Source: a virus
Lineage: Duplodnaviria; Caudoviricetes
Virus record (IMG/VR): IMGVR_UViG_3300014043_000503
Span: 32,001-96,000 of that record
DNA: 64,000 nt
Direction: 5' to 3' (one strand)
Part shown: positions 50,138-59,721 of the stretch, in pieces
Layout of the letters: the number at the start of each line of letters is the position of its first letter
Numbering within the stretch: the first letter of the stretch is position 1
The notes under the pieces: model-generated
What the model was told of the DNA's origin: nothing
Database searches by the model: none
The model's input: only the letters and a program-made list of their open reading frames with translations
Made by a program: the position numbers and the translations under genes

Positions 50138-50351
50138 GTATCTGCATTTGATAGGAGGGGTCATCATAGGTCTCCTCTCGCTGGGTTCATGGTACACGGC
50201 ATTGGTAAGCGGTGTCGGTATCGCATCGGCCCTTGAGTTCAAGGACGTGGACTGGAAGGGGAGCTGGGACTGGGTTGACTGGATCTTGACAATAGCCGGA
50301 ACCGCGATAGGTTTTGGCACAGTATTCACCATAAAAACGTTTTTAATATGA
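50112..50351 (+). CDS. small membrane protein
   Basis: HLIGG..LEFKD..WDWVDW..T.AG hydrophobic pattern. Confidence 0.6.
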   Translation: MSWITESHRYLHLIGGVIIGLLSLGSWYTALVSGVGIASALEFKDVDWKGSWDWVDWILTIAGTAIGFGTVFTIKTFLI

Positions 50352-50590
50352 AGGATTTGATTAACTGGATCTATGCCATCATAGGCATTGTCCTTGCGGT
50401 TGGTTCTGCATTGAATGAGGGTATCGGCACCGGAGCATGGGCTGGAGTGGCCTATGCGCTTGCCTTCGGAATCATCATCGGATTCGGGGAGAAGCTGATG
50501 CGCCAGATTTCATGGAAGACCGTCGGCCTGCGTTGCGCCTTCTGCGTTGCAGCCGCCATCGTAGCCGCCATCGCATGTACGTTCATCTGA
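50348..50590 (+). CDS. small membrane protein (3 TM)
   Basis: Hydrophobic 80-aa ORF with ATGA overlap. Confidence 0.6.
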   Translation: MKDLINWIYAIIGIVLAVGSALNEGIGTGAWAGVAYALAFGIIIGFGEKLMRQISWKTVGLRCAFCVAAAIVAAIACTFI

Positions 50591-50692
50591 ACTTGCTACG
50601 CTTCTTGTGTCGCCGGGACATGGTTTCATACCGTGCCCCGGTTTTTAATGCCATGAGACAAAAATAACTATTATATAAAAAATTCAGACAGG

Positions 50693-51583
50693 ATGCCAGT
50701 ATATACCGTAAGGACAGGTGAGAATATCTATGACGTTGCCGTAAACCTATATGGCAGCATAGAGGGTATATTCGACCTCCTTGTTTCCAACCAGGAAGCC
50801 ATCAACGGCTCTCCCCTGACAATGGACACGGAACTGAAGAGCGGCATGAAGCTCAGCTACCATGAGGATTTCATCATCAATCAGGGCATAAGGAAATGGC
50901 TTGCGGACAATGGTGAGATCGTGAGGAACGGAGACCACAGGTACGGCCATCAGGATACGCTCGAAGCCGTCACTGAGTTTATCGGTAAGCATAATGCGGG
51001 GCTTGTGGAGAGGGCGATCCAGCAATGGCCCTCGGTATATGACGGAAAGAATTTCCTTGAAAACCCTGACGTGGAGGAGGAAGAGGCTTTCTACAGGTAC
51101 ATGCACGCCTTCTATATCGGCTCAGGCGCATCCGAAATCGAGGTTGCAACAAACAACTACATATACGTGGTACATGGCGACGGCATCCTGGAAAGCTATA
51201 TCCCATCCTATGACGAGATAAAGGAATGGGAGAAATCCATCGTCTCGCCAAGACTCATCATCAAGCAAATCGGTGAGCTGTGCAGCCTTACCACGAGGAT
51301 CAGGTTCAACACCATCCTTGGGATAGACTGGGGCGACAACACACCCTATGAGTTCTACGGCTACAGCCAGCAGCCCATTACGGTTGAGCATAACTTTGAC
51401 GGTGCAGGCAGCCATGAGGTAAGGCTGTTCGGAAACTTCCAGCTCTACGGCCTTGACCTTACCGGGGCAAGCGGCAGGCACTACCCTCTCGACTCTATCA
51501 CAATCATAGGAGGCGAAGTACATTCGCTCTATGAATCCGAAAGCGACATCAACACCCTATTCATCTTTACTGAAGAGACATAA
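50693..51583 (+). CDS. baseplate protein with LysM/tail-X-like N-terminus
   Basis: YTVRTGENIYDVAVNLYGSIEG..LL..N; C-terminal IDWGD PKD-like motif. Confidence 0.6.
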   Translation: MPVYTVRTGENIYDVAVNLYGSIEGIFDLLVSNQEAINGSPLTMDTELKSGMKLSYHEDFIINQGIRKWLADNGEIVRNGDHRYGHQDTLEAVTEFIGKHNAGLVERAIQQWPSVYDGKNFLENPDVEEEEAFYRYMHAFYIGSGASEIEVATNNYIYVVHGDGILESYIPSYDEIKEWEKSIVSPRLIIKQIGELCSLTTRIRFNTILGIDWGDNTPYEFYGYSQQPITVEHNFDGAGSHEVRLFGNFQLYGLDLTGASGRHYPLDSITIIGGEVHSLYESESDINTLFIFTEET

Positions 51584-52524
51584 TGAGCAGATCAATAAGC
51601 CAGATATACGCCGAGGCTCTGGCGACGAGGAACAGCTACCTCCAGATTACAGACCTCGACAGCGGCAGGACGTCAAGCAAGATGTCCATCATGAACCTCC
51701 TGACGTATGTGATGGCCTCATTGATTTACACCTATGAGACCATACTCGACTACTTTGAAGTCAACATCGCACAGCTCCTGTCAGCGAGGATCAACGGTAC
51801 GCCCGAATACTACGTTGCCATGTCGAAGCTGTTCCAGTTCAACTCAAACACCGAGACGGGCGACCAGCTTATCTTCGATGAGGAGACGCTGAAGCTGAGG
51901 TATGCGACCGTCAACGCGGACAACAGGATCATCTCACAGGCGGCATACGACAACTACAACCCCAACGACTCGACCGAGGGAATCTACCTGAAGGTATGCC
52001 GCAACAACACCTCACAGGACGAGATAGACATGGGAACCCCATACAGCCCGCTCACGAACGCACAGCTGACGGCCTTCAGGTCTTATATCAGCTCCATCAA
52101 GTTCCTCGGGGCCAAGATATACCCCATATCAGTACCGGGCGACATCCTCACCATCACGTCGTGCGAGGTCATCTACAACGACCTGTACATCACCGAGGAA
52201 CAGGCTTTCAACAACGTGAGGAACGCGCTCGTTTCATACCTCGGAAACCTTGCCTATAACGGATATGTGTATTACCAGGCCATCATAGATGCCATCCAGA
52301 ATGCGGAGTACATCGTCAGCGTATCGGCAGGGGCCATTATAAATATCCTGAAGTACAACCCGTCAACGAACTCATACGAAGGCGAGGCTGTCCAGCTTTC
52401 CAACAGGTCGAAAGCCTATGCCGGATATGCCAAATGGATCGACCAGAACGGAGATTCGACCATCATCCACGCGGCCACGTCAGAAGAGACCGGAATAACA
52501 TTCGTGCCAAATTCCAGAACATAA
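51583..52524 (+). CDS. baseplate J-like wedge protein
   Basis: MSRSISQIY.., GTPEYY..FQ and PLT..QLTAF.SY...KF.G motifs. Confidence 0.6.
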   Translation: MSRSISQIYAEALATRNSYLQITDLDSGRTSSKMSIMNLLTYVMASLIYTYETILDYFEVNIAQLLSARINGTPEYYVAMSKLFQFNSNTETGDQLIFDEETLKLRYATVNADNRIISQAAYDNYNPNDSTEGIYLKVCRNNTSQDEIDMGTPYSPLTNAQLTAFRSYISSIKFLGAKIYPISVPGDILTITSCEVIYNDLYITEEQAFNNVRNALVSYLGNLAYNGYVYYQAIIDAIQNAEYIVSVSAGAIINILKYNPSTNSYEGEAVQLSNRSKAYAGYAKWIDQNGDSTIIHAATSEETGITFVPNSRT

Positions 52525-52527
52525 GAC

Positions 52528-53106
52528 ATGATACTGAGTCCTGAGAAATACCAGATAGACAACGCGAGGGCCATATGCAGGCTACTTCCGTTCTGGATAA
52601 GGGGGAGGAGGATGATCCTCTTCCTCGAAGCTGTCTCGCACCCCTTGAAGAAGGTTCACGACGCATTCAAGGAATGGGCATACGAAAGGCTGATAGACGC
52701 TACGATAACCTCACAGCAGATATCCCTCGTATGGTTCCTGAATCACAGGCTGAGGAAATACTTCATCAACCAGGGCGACTCATTCAGGATCACCTCGGAC
52801 GCATTCTCGGAGGGTGAGATCGTCTATAATTTCTCAGAGAACTTCCTTACAGGGAACCATTACGCCTATGACTACGGGGAGGAGGTGGAGCCTGCTACCG
52901 AGAACATGCTCCTGAAGAACTTCAACGAGGGCGTGACCTACAACGCCGACATCATCATCATAGCCCCGGACATAGTTGAGACTGAGGAATACGGTAAGGA
53001 GAACTACAAGAACGAGATAAGGAGGTACATAGACTCCTACATTACCGTTCCAGACAAATACGAAGTATTAACCATAAGCGACATAGACAGTAATGAAGGA
53101 ATATAA
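52528..53106 (+). CDS. baseplate I-like wedge protein
   Basis: LLPFWIR..., TSQ.ISL..FLN motif; follows J-like gene. Confidence 0.5.
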   Translation: MILSPEKYQIDNARAICRLLPFWIRGRRMILFLEAVSHPLKKVHDAFKEWAYERLIDATITSQQISLVWFLNHRLRKYFINQGDSFRITSDAFSEGEIVYNFSENFLTGNHYAYDYGEEVEPATENMLLKNFNEGVTYNADIIIIAPDIVETEEYGKENYKNEIRRYIDSYITVPDKYEVLTISDIDSNEGI

Positions 53107-54067
53107 AAGCAAGGAAGGTGGAAGACACCTGTTCAACGACGATATCCACAACCTGCAGGAACTTGCGCTCTCCGTCACTGAGATGTTCAGGAACTCAGGG
53201 CAGAAATTCGTCATCAACGGCTGTAACGTAACCGTGGCCAACAGCGCACAGGGAACCGTCATAACCGTAAGCGAGGGCTATGTATGGCTCGGAAACAAGA
53301 TCAGGAAGGTTGAGCAGCGCGTCATGACCAACGTCACCTTCCCGATATATATCCGCTCCGTAAAGGAAGAGGGGCCGCAGCTGACCTATGCCAACAACAC
53401 GACAGGAAGCGGCTCTGAGGAATACACAAACTACAAGGCAGCCGTGATGACCAATACCGAGACGGCCCCTGCGGATTCCGACTCGATCCAGAGCGACAGC
53501 GCGAACAGCAACCAGTTCCCGTCTCTCAGGAGCGCCTTCTTCAACCAATACTCGCTTATCAAGAGCACGAACACCGAGCAGAAGGTGTCATCGCCCACGA
53601 GGTTTGAGGGAACCATGTACATGACGACGCCGTACATAGTCAATCCCACTAACCCCCAGCAGTCGGCGAGGATGACGGTTGACACGAGCGGAAACCTCAC
53701 CATCCTGCTCGGCTCTGCAACGAACGCCTACAGGCTCGTCTTTGAGAAGGCAAGCGGAAATCTCTCGCTCAGGAACAGCGCGAACAACATCATCTGGAGG
53801 ATAGGAACCGGCACCATCATATCGAGCGGCCTCAACCTACAGGTTACGCCCATTGCCGTCTCAGCCGTCCCCACCGCGACCACGCTCAAGTATGAGGACG
53901 AGAACGGCAACCAGCAGAACTTCAGGCAAGGCATGATGGCCATGTACGGGAGCGGGGCTGAGACACAGTTCTACATACTGAGGGGTATCGTAAACGGACA
54001 GGCCCAGTGGTCAAGGATGACTACCGAGGACGATCCCGACTATGAAGCCTACATGGTTCACAAATAA
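53093..54067 (+). CDS. tail fibre-like structural protein
   Basis: GGRHLFNDDIHNLQ, VINGC and VSEGYVW N-terminal pattern; follows baseplate wedge genes. Confidence 0.55.
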   Translation: MKEYKSKEGGRHLFNDDIHNLQELALSVTEMFRNSGQKFVINGCNVTVANSAQGTVITVSEGYVWLGNKIRKVEQRVMTNVTFPIYIRSVKEEGPQLTYANNTTGSGSEEYTNYKAAVMTNTETAPADSDSIQSDSANSNQFPSLRSAFFNQYSLIKSTNTEQKVSSPTRFEGTMYMTTPYIVNPTNPQQSARMTVDTSGNLTILLGSATNAYRLVFEKASGNLSLRNSANNIIWRIGTGTIISSGLNLQVTPIAVSAVPTATTLKYEDENGNQQNFRQGMMAMYGSGAETQFYILRGIVNGQAQWSRMTTEDDPDYEAYMVHK

Positions 54068-54082
54068 ACTGGAGGACTGGAA

Positions 54083-54349
54083 ATGTACAAAGCGAATTTC
54101 GACCTTACAACCGAGAACAATACCGGCCAGAGGCATGACACGCTCCTTAACCGGCAGTTCAACATACCGACCTTCGAGGAGGCTCCGAATGAAGAGACCT
54201 CATCATACACCGACGTTGACGGCACTACCGTTGAGTTCCATATAGGTGATGAGGTGAGGGTCGTTCAGCCACTCTCAACGACGGGCTACGTCTTCTACAA
54301 GCTGTATGACATAGGCTCCGGGGTCTATAACTGGATTCAAATCGGATAG
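54083..54349 (+). CDS. small structural protein (stand-alone shared module)
   Basis: 88 aa, homologous to flanking gene termini. Confidence 0.65.
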   Translation: MYKANFDLTTENNTGQRHDTLLNRQFNIPTFEEAPNEETSSYTDVDGTTVEFHIGDEVRVVQPLSTTGYVFYKLYDIGSGVYNWIQIG

Positions 54350-54351
54350 CG

Positions 54352-56247
54352 ATGGCACACAAGGGAAACATAAATGGAACGAGGAAAGACCTTCTCCTGC
54401 AAAGGAGGTGGACGGTTCCCACATTGCCTTCAGCCCCCACTACTAGCACGTGGGCATGGAATGACAATGGCTATATCGTCAGCTTCAGGATAGGCGAACA
54501 GGTAAGGGTTGCCGATGAAAGCCAGGAATCGGGATATCAGTTCTGGAAGCTCTACGACATCAAGGCCAACGGCGACAGGATATGGGCGCCCATCAATTCG
54601 TGTGCCGTGTCCATACATGTGTTCAGGGTCATCGAGAACGATTGCGGAACGGGGCAGTCCATCAAGGGGGTTGCAAGGATAACCATCACCAGCCCTGATG
54701 ATGACAGGGATCTCAACTTCACATGGAACGGACAGGACGTGTCGTACTACCTGAAGAAGAATGCGAGATACACATGCACGCCCGGAGCAGCCGGCGACTA
54801 TACCATCCCAGGCTCATTCTCCTTTACCACAAGCAATGCAGACCCGCTGAAGGTCATCCATGAAATCACCTACAACTTCAGGTCTGAGAACGTGGAGGTG
54901 ATGGTGACGAAGGCAAATGACACGGATATAGAGGCGGTTCCCGTAAGCATCGTATCACAGGGCAGCGTGCTTGCTACGAAATCAATAAATACCGTATCGT
55001 CAGCCTATACGCTGCTCGGCGACGTACTGTTCAACAAGAGCTATTACCTGCTCGTGGGAGGCTCCACGTTCTGCTGGTCTGGAACCCTGTTCTCATCATT
55101 CAGGACTACCGAGAGGACGGCAAGCGCAAACACCTACAGGATTAGCCTGCCGTTCACCGACGAGCGCATTGACGTCATCATAAAGCACACGACATCGAAC
55201 GGGGAGGTGTTTTTTGACCCTGAGGACGTTGAGGACTACAAGGACACGGACATCTATATCCAGACCCTTGCGACGAAAAACTCACAATACGAGGGCAATG
55301 CCACGAACGAGGACATAGTGACGGACAGCAAAAGCGCGCCGTACAGGAACAGGATCACGCCCATATCCTCCGATCCGAGGAATACTGCGTCGATACAATA
55401 CAGGATCGCGAAATACCTGCTCCCGGGAAACTACGTGATAGTGGGCTCCTCTACATTCCGTATCAGATCGGCCACCAAGGATTTCCTGTATTCGGATTTC
55501 TACCAGCTCCAGTCTCCCGTCACGAAGCAGCTGACCGAGAACGATAACATCATAGAGTTCCAGTGGAACCTCATATATACATTCCTTATCGTCGAAAGCA
55601 GTGACTCGCGCACGCCATCCATCAACGTCAGGAAGACAAGCTCTGGAACGTCGATGAACGTGTCAAAGACCCCTGAAAATCGCATCGCGTCATTCGGCAT
55701 GATACCCGTTCCTGGCGACTACTCAATCTCATTTGCCGACATCCCATACACATACAAGGGCGTTGACACATTCCTCAGTTGTAGTGACATAGACATAAGC
55801 CCGAGCAAGCGCAGCTCAAAGAAATATCGCGTAAGTGGCGACGAATATTCATATTGGCACCACTATACCTATGACTACACATTCACTGCAGAAGGAAAGG
55901 ATGTCACAATATATGTAACAATTACGCCGGATGAATTTGGCGAATCGCTTCCGTATGGAACTATTTTAGATGTTGACTCAAGCAGGCTTAATAGGCACAT
56001 GGGGCAATTTCAAATAAAATATACCAATGGAAGCGGAACCTATAATGAATATTGTGATATGTATATAAAAGATTTTTCTTCTGATAACACCTGTACTTTA
56101 CAAAAAACATTGGAGGGACGTATATCTACATTACCAGTAAACGTAATAGGTGTATCAATGTCAATCGGAGTAAGCTATACAATCGGTGGAACGCAAACAG
56201 ATGAAAACGGAGAAAGATATCTTAGAACTATAAGAGCAACAACTTAA
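54352..56247 (+). CDS. beta-rich putative tail appendage protein
   Basis: 631 aa, S/T/Y-rich, AT-rich 3' end. Confidence 0.6.
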   Translation: MAHKGNINGTRKDLLLQRRWTVPTLPSAPTTSTWAWNDNGYIVSFRIGEQVRVADESQESGYQFWKLYDIKANGDRIWAPINSCAVSIHVFRVIENDCGTGQSIKGVARITITSPDDDRDLNFTWNGQDVSYYLKKNARYTCTPGAAGDYTIPGSFSFTTSNADPLKVIHEITYNFRSENVEVMVTKANDTDIEAVPVSIVSQGSVLATKSINTVSSAYTLLGDVLFNKSYYLLVGGSTFCWSGTLFSSFRTTERTASANTYRISLPFTDERIDVIIKHTTSNGEVFFDPEDVEDYKDTDIYIQTLATKNSQYEGNATNEDIVTDSKSAPYRNRITPISSDPRNTASIQYRIAKYLLPGNYVIVGSSTFRIRSATKDFLYSDFYQLQSPVTKQLTENDNIIEFQWNLIYTFLIVESSDSRTPSINVRKTSSGTSMNVSKTPENRIASFGMIPVPGDYSISFADIPYTYKGVDTFLSCSDIDISPSKRSSKKYRVSGDEYSYWHHYTYDYTFTAEGKDVTIYVTITPDEFGESLPYGTILDVDSSRLNRHMGQFQIKYTNGSGTYNEYCDMYIKDFSSDNTCTLQKTLEGRISTLPVNVIGVSMSIGVSYTIGGTQTDENGERYLRTIRATT

Positions 56248-56261
56248 AAAGCAAATAGACA

Positions 56262-56486
56262 ATGAAAGTAATCAGATTCGGAAATGACTACGTTCAGCAG
56301 CAGATAGCAGCGGGCAACGTAAAGGCCGCAAGGCAGAGTATCGTAAACATCGAGGACTATGGTAGAGTACAACCTGAGGAAGCCAAGGTCGTTGAGCCAG
56401 TTGTCGAAGGAGGAAAGGTCGATGGCGGTGAGAAGACCACAAAGGCCGAAGCAAAGAAAAAAGGAAAGGACAAGGGCAAAGCCTAA
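56262..56486 (+). CDS. small hypothetical protein
   Basis: 74-aa ORF with AT-rich leader. Confidence 0.55.
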   Translation: MKVIRFGNDYVQQQIAAGNVKAARQSIVNIEDYGRVQPEEAKVVEPVVEGGKVDGGEKTTKAEAKKKGKDKGKA

Positions 56487-56775
56487 GAGGGCGAGCCTTG
56501 CAGAGACACCGGTAGGTTACCTTATCCAGCACGTATGCCCCGTGGAATGGAGCATGCTGGAGATGCTTATGGAGCAGAGGGTGAGGATAACCCCTGCATT
56601 CATCGACCAGTTTACGAGGAAGTCTGACAATCCTTTCTTCACGACGAGGGAGTTCAGGGAAGCCATGGCCGACTTCAGGAAGCACGGCTTCAGGACACCA
56701 AAGAAGAAAGGGTTTAACCTTGACGCCGAGATAAAGTACATCATCGAGCGCATGAACCAGAGAAAAACGGGCTGA
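56359..56775 (+). CDS. hypothetical protein (start uncertain)
   Basis: 3' two-thirds has phage-like codon use; followed by hairpin 56769-56798. Confidence 0.5.
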   Translation: MVEYNLRKPRSLSQLSKEERSMAVRRPQRPKQRKKERTRAKPKRASLAETPVGYLIQHVCPVEWSMLEMLMEQRVRITPAFIDQFTRKSDNPFFTTREFREAMADFRKHGFRTPKKKGFNLDAEIKYIIERMNQRKTG

Positions 56776-56814
56776 CAGTCAAATGAACTGTTCAGCCCGC
56801 CATCTTATGAACTT

Positions 56815-58114
56815 CAAGCGAAAATCCCTATCCTTCAGGTATTGGTAAAAGCCTACAAAGTTAATTAATTGTAAACCAATACAATACACCGTTTTAACTG
56901 TTTTTATATATAATATCCAATATTATCCTTGTTATTATTTTACCTAATTATTATCTTTGCACCATGATTACGTACAAATATAAATTATATCGCACCAAAA
57001 ACACGAAACATCTGGATAAGATGCTTTGCGAAGCTTGTTTTGTATGGAATCATGCTTTGGCCTTGCAGAAGCGGTACTACTGCCTGTATCACAAATACAT
57101 CGGCATCGGTAAGATAAAAGCCCACTTTGCCAAGCGGATTCATCGTAACCTTCTACATAGCCAAACCACACAGGAAATTCTTGAACGCCTCGATACCGCC
57201 TATCAGCGTTTCTTTGAGCGACTGGCCAAGCGTCCACCGAAGTTCCGCAAGGCGAAGGATTTCACATCCATCGTGTTTAAACAGGGCGGCTATTCCCTGA
57301 ATGGCAACGTCATAACGGTGAATACCATCAAGAAACGCTTCAAGTTCTCATTAAGCCGTCCGTATGCCGGAAAGGTTAAGACCCTCACCGTCAAACGCAA
57401 TCCGCTGGGAGAATATTTCATCGCCATGGTGCTTGACAAAGACCCTGTCGCCATCCGAAAGACACATAATGGTGCATCGGTAGGCATCGACTTCGGCTTG
57501 AAGACATACATGACAATGAGCGACGGAACAAAGGTTAAAAATCCTCAGTTCCTGAAGACCACTCTCCCCAAGGTACAGCGTGCCTCTCGCAATCTTTCAA
57601 AGAGCGCATCGCACAGTCATCATCGCAAGAACCGACGGATGGAGCTTGACCGTATCCATGAGCGTATCGTGAACAAACGGACTGATTTCCAGTGGAAACT
57701 ATGCCATAAACTGTGTCGTCAGTATGACCACATCTACATCGAAGATCTCCAGTTGAAGGGTATGACAGCCCTCTGGGGCAGAAAGATGAATGATCTCGCA
57801 CACGGAGCTTTCATCAACAGACTGGAGTATGTGGCTACCAAGTACGGTGTAACCGTCCATAAGATTGACCGCTGGTATCCCTCATCAAAGACGTGTACGT
57901 GCGGATATGTCAACAAGCAGCTTCAATTGAAGGATAGATATTGGACTTGCCCTGAGTGTGGCGCAGTCCATGACCGTGACCTTCTCGCTGCCCAGAATAT
58001 TCTTCGGCAGGGCATTGCCGAATTGGAGAGCACCAGTAAGACACCTTCCGCAAGGAGGGCGCATGTGCGCCTGCATCCAAGAATCTCACGTATTCATGCG
58101 TGAGAGTATGTCAT
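56815..58114 (+). mobile_element. IS1341-like tnpB-only element
   Basis: Right-end hairpin CTCACGTATTCATGCGTGAG followed by AGTATGTCA; left-end-like hairpin near 56820-56850; no tnpA. Confidence 0.65.
56964..58103 (+). CDS. tnpB: TnpB RNA-guided endonuclease (IS200/IS605 family)
   Basis: YKYKLY, GIDFG / IEDL / DRDLLAAQNI RuvC triad, CTC..CPEC zinc ribbon. Confidence 0.92.
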   Translation: MITYKYKLYRTKNTKHLDKMLCEACFVWNHALALQKRYYCLYHKYIGIGKIKAHFAKRIHRNLLHSQTTQEILERLDTAYQRFFERLAKRPPKFRKAKDFTSIVFKQGGYSLNGNVITVNTIKKRFKFSLSRPYAGKVKTLTVKRNPLGEYFIAMVLDKDPVAIRKTHNGASVGIDFGLKTYMTMSDGTKVKNPQFLKTTLPKVQRASRNLSKSASHSHHRKNRRMELDRIHERIVNKRTDFQWKLCHKLCRQYDHIYIEDLQLKGMTALWGRKMNDLAHGAFINRLEYVATKYGVTVHKIDRWYPSSKTCTCGYVNKQLQLKDRYWTCPECGAVHDRDLLAAQNILRQGIAELESTSKTPSARRAHVRLHPRISRIHA

Positions 58115-58125
58115 GAAACGGCAAA

Positions 58126-58686
58126 TTACTTGAAAAACACCTTCGGCACATGCTTCAGGTCTTCATCATCCCTCCATGTGGATTCGTTGTACCTGACACC
58201 GGGGATGGCCACGTCCATGTAGTAGAAGTCGGTCATCGCATATACCTTCCTCCTGAAGACCTTCGAGGCCACACTCTGAAGGATGGCATTGGCAATCACG
58301 GAGCATACGACTATCTTCTTGGGCGAGCACTTTTCGATGGCCACCTTCGTAATGGCCGAGAGCCTGATGGGGTTGATCGTGACCGGCGAGAGGATGGCCA
58401 GCGTATCTATCTTCACAGGCTCTATGATGGACGTGAAATACTCGGAATCCCTGAACCAGAACGGGGCATAGCTTACCCTACCCTTTATGGCGGACGCAAA
58501 GCCGCTGACGATGTGCCCGAAGTCCCTCACGTCGGCTGCTATGAGCGTCCTGCCGGTCGTTCCCATCCTCCTGTTCAGGCAGGACGCAAACGCAAAGCCA
58601 GCCTCATGGAGCGTATTGCATGCGGATTCACGATCCCTGACATCCCAGAAAGACAGGCCGTCATTATTCCAGCTAACCCTTATCAT
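58126..58686 (-). CDS. hypothetical protein
   Basis: 186-aa ORF in leftward operon. Confidence 0.6.
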   Translation of the reverse strand: MIRVSWNNDGLSFWDVRDRESACNTLHEAGFAFASCLNRRMGTTGRTLIAADVRDFGHIVSGFASAIKGRVSYAPFWFRDSEYFTSIIEPVKIDTLAILSPVTINPIRLSAITKVAIEKCSPKKIVVCSVIANAILQSVASKVFRRKVYAMTDFYYMDVAIPGVRYNESTWRDDEDLKHVPKVFFK

Positions 58687-58850
58687 CTGTTTCTCATCTT
58701 TGAAAACATGACACGTCTTTCCTTCCTATTAGGCCCCTTGTTGACCGTTGAGGGATTGAACATGAAACCGTCCCTGCCAAGCTGCTCGCTCGTTGCTATC
58801 AGCCTTCCTCCCCTTGTGTAGAGGTTGGCGTTCTTATTTAGCTTCCCCAT
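58683..58850 (-). CDS. 55-aa basic hypothetical protein
   Basis: Hand-translated MGKLNKNANLYTRGG...KMRNR*; fills gap with ATGA overlap. Confidence 0.5.
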   Translation of the reverse strand: MGKLNKNANLYTRGGRLIATSEQLGRDGFMFNPSTVNKGPNRKERRVMFSKMRNR

Positions 58851-59436
58851 ACTCGATACCCTTGAACCTTATGTACCACTCAACAAAATCCTGAAGCTTG
58901 AAACCCGCTATATTGGCGATGGTTTCCAGGCGTGCTACGACGGCGTTTATGCAGGTGTCGATGCCTACGAACCTGATGCCAGAGACGAATACGAAGATAA
59001 CGTCATAGAGAATCCTTGAGATATCGTCCATGAGCACCTTGTAGTTACGCTTCCTGCCTATCACGCCGCCCACCATCATTACGCTGAAATGGTTTATCTC
59101 GTCTGCACTGGAATCCTTCAGCTTCGAGGAAGAGAACTTCTGGATGGCAATAAGGTAATAGACGGCCTCGGCGATGGATTCCTCAAACGTGCCGTACACA
59201 TGCTCCAGGTATTCGCTCCTGAAATCCTCGTCCCCCATCGCATCCATACACAGGGCATCCAGGGCATCCGGGCCCTCCGCACAGAACGAGCTGCTTTCAA
59301 ACCTCATTAGGGCTTCAGATACGGTTCCGATGATCCTGATATACAGGTATTCATTGTCAACGTCCTTGAAGTCTGCTTCAATAAGTGAGGCAAGCTTGAT
59401 AGCGATCCTTTTCTTGTCAATCGTGTTAATATCCAT
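58834..59436 (-). CDS. hypothetical protein, possibly degenerate MazG-like fold
   Basis: VSEA...TFEESIAEAVYYL helices; TATCTTTG promoter at 59520-59527. Confidence 0.55.
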   Translation of the reverse strand: MDINTIDKKRIAIKLASLIEADFKDVDNEYLYIRIIGTVSEALMRFESSSFCAEGPDALDALCMDAMGDEDFRSEYLEHVYGTFEESIAEAVYYLIAIQKFSSSKLKDSSADEINHFSVMMVGGVIGRKRNYKVLMDDISRILYDVIFVFVSGIRFVGIDTCINAVVARLETIANIAGFKLQDFVEWYIRFKGIEYGEAK

Positions 59437-59721
59437 ATAAATGATTCTAAAAGGAAATTGAGTTGAATCACTTACAAGAAAATGCTGGGATCAAGAAATA
59501 CAATGAATTGAACTCGCTGCAAAGATAGCGAATAAAACCCAACCTGCAAAGGGGATTAACATTATTTACCGAGATTTTCTAATCACAACATCTCCAATAG
59601 ACATTACCAGCCACTAATAACTTTCCAAGACATTCACTTGCCTCTAAAAAAAGACAAGGAACCATTAGCAACCTCCAGTTGCTTGCTTGTTATTACTTAT
59701 TAAGTTTTGGAAACACTGTTT

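Noticed and set aside
15104-56775. Headless contractile injection system (eCIS/BIS) suggested by two sheath genes
   Set aside because: Portal, prohead protease, capsid and replication genes are present, so this is a phage
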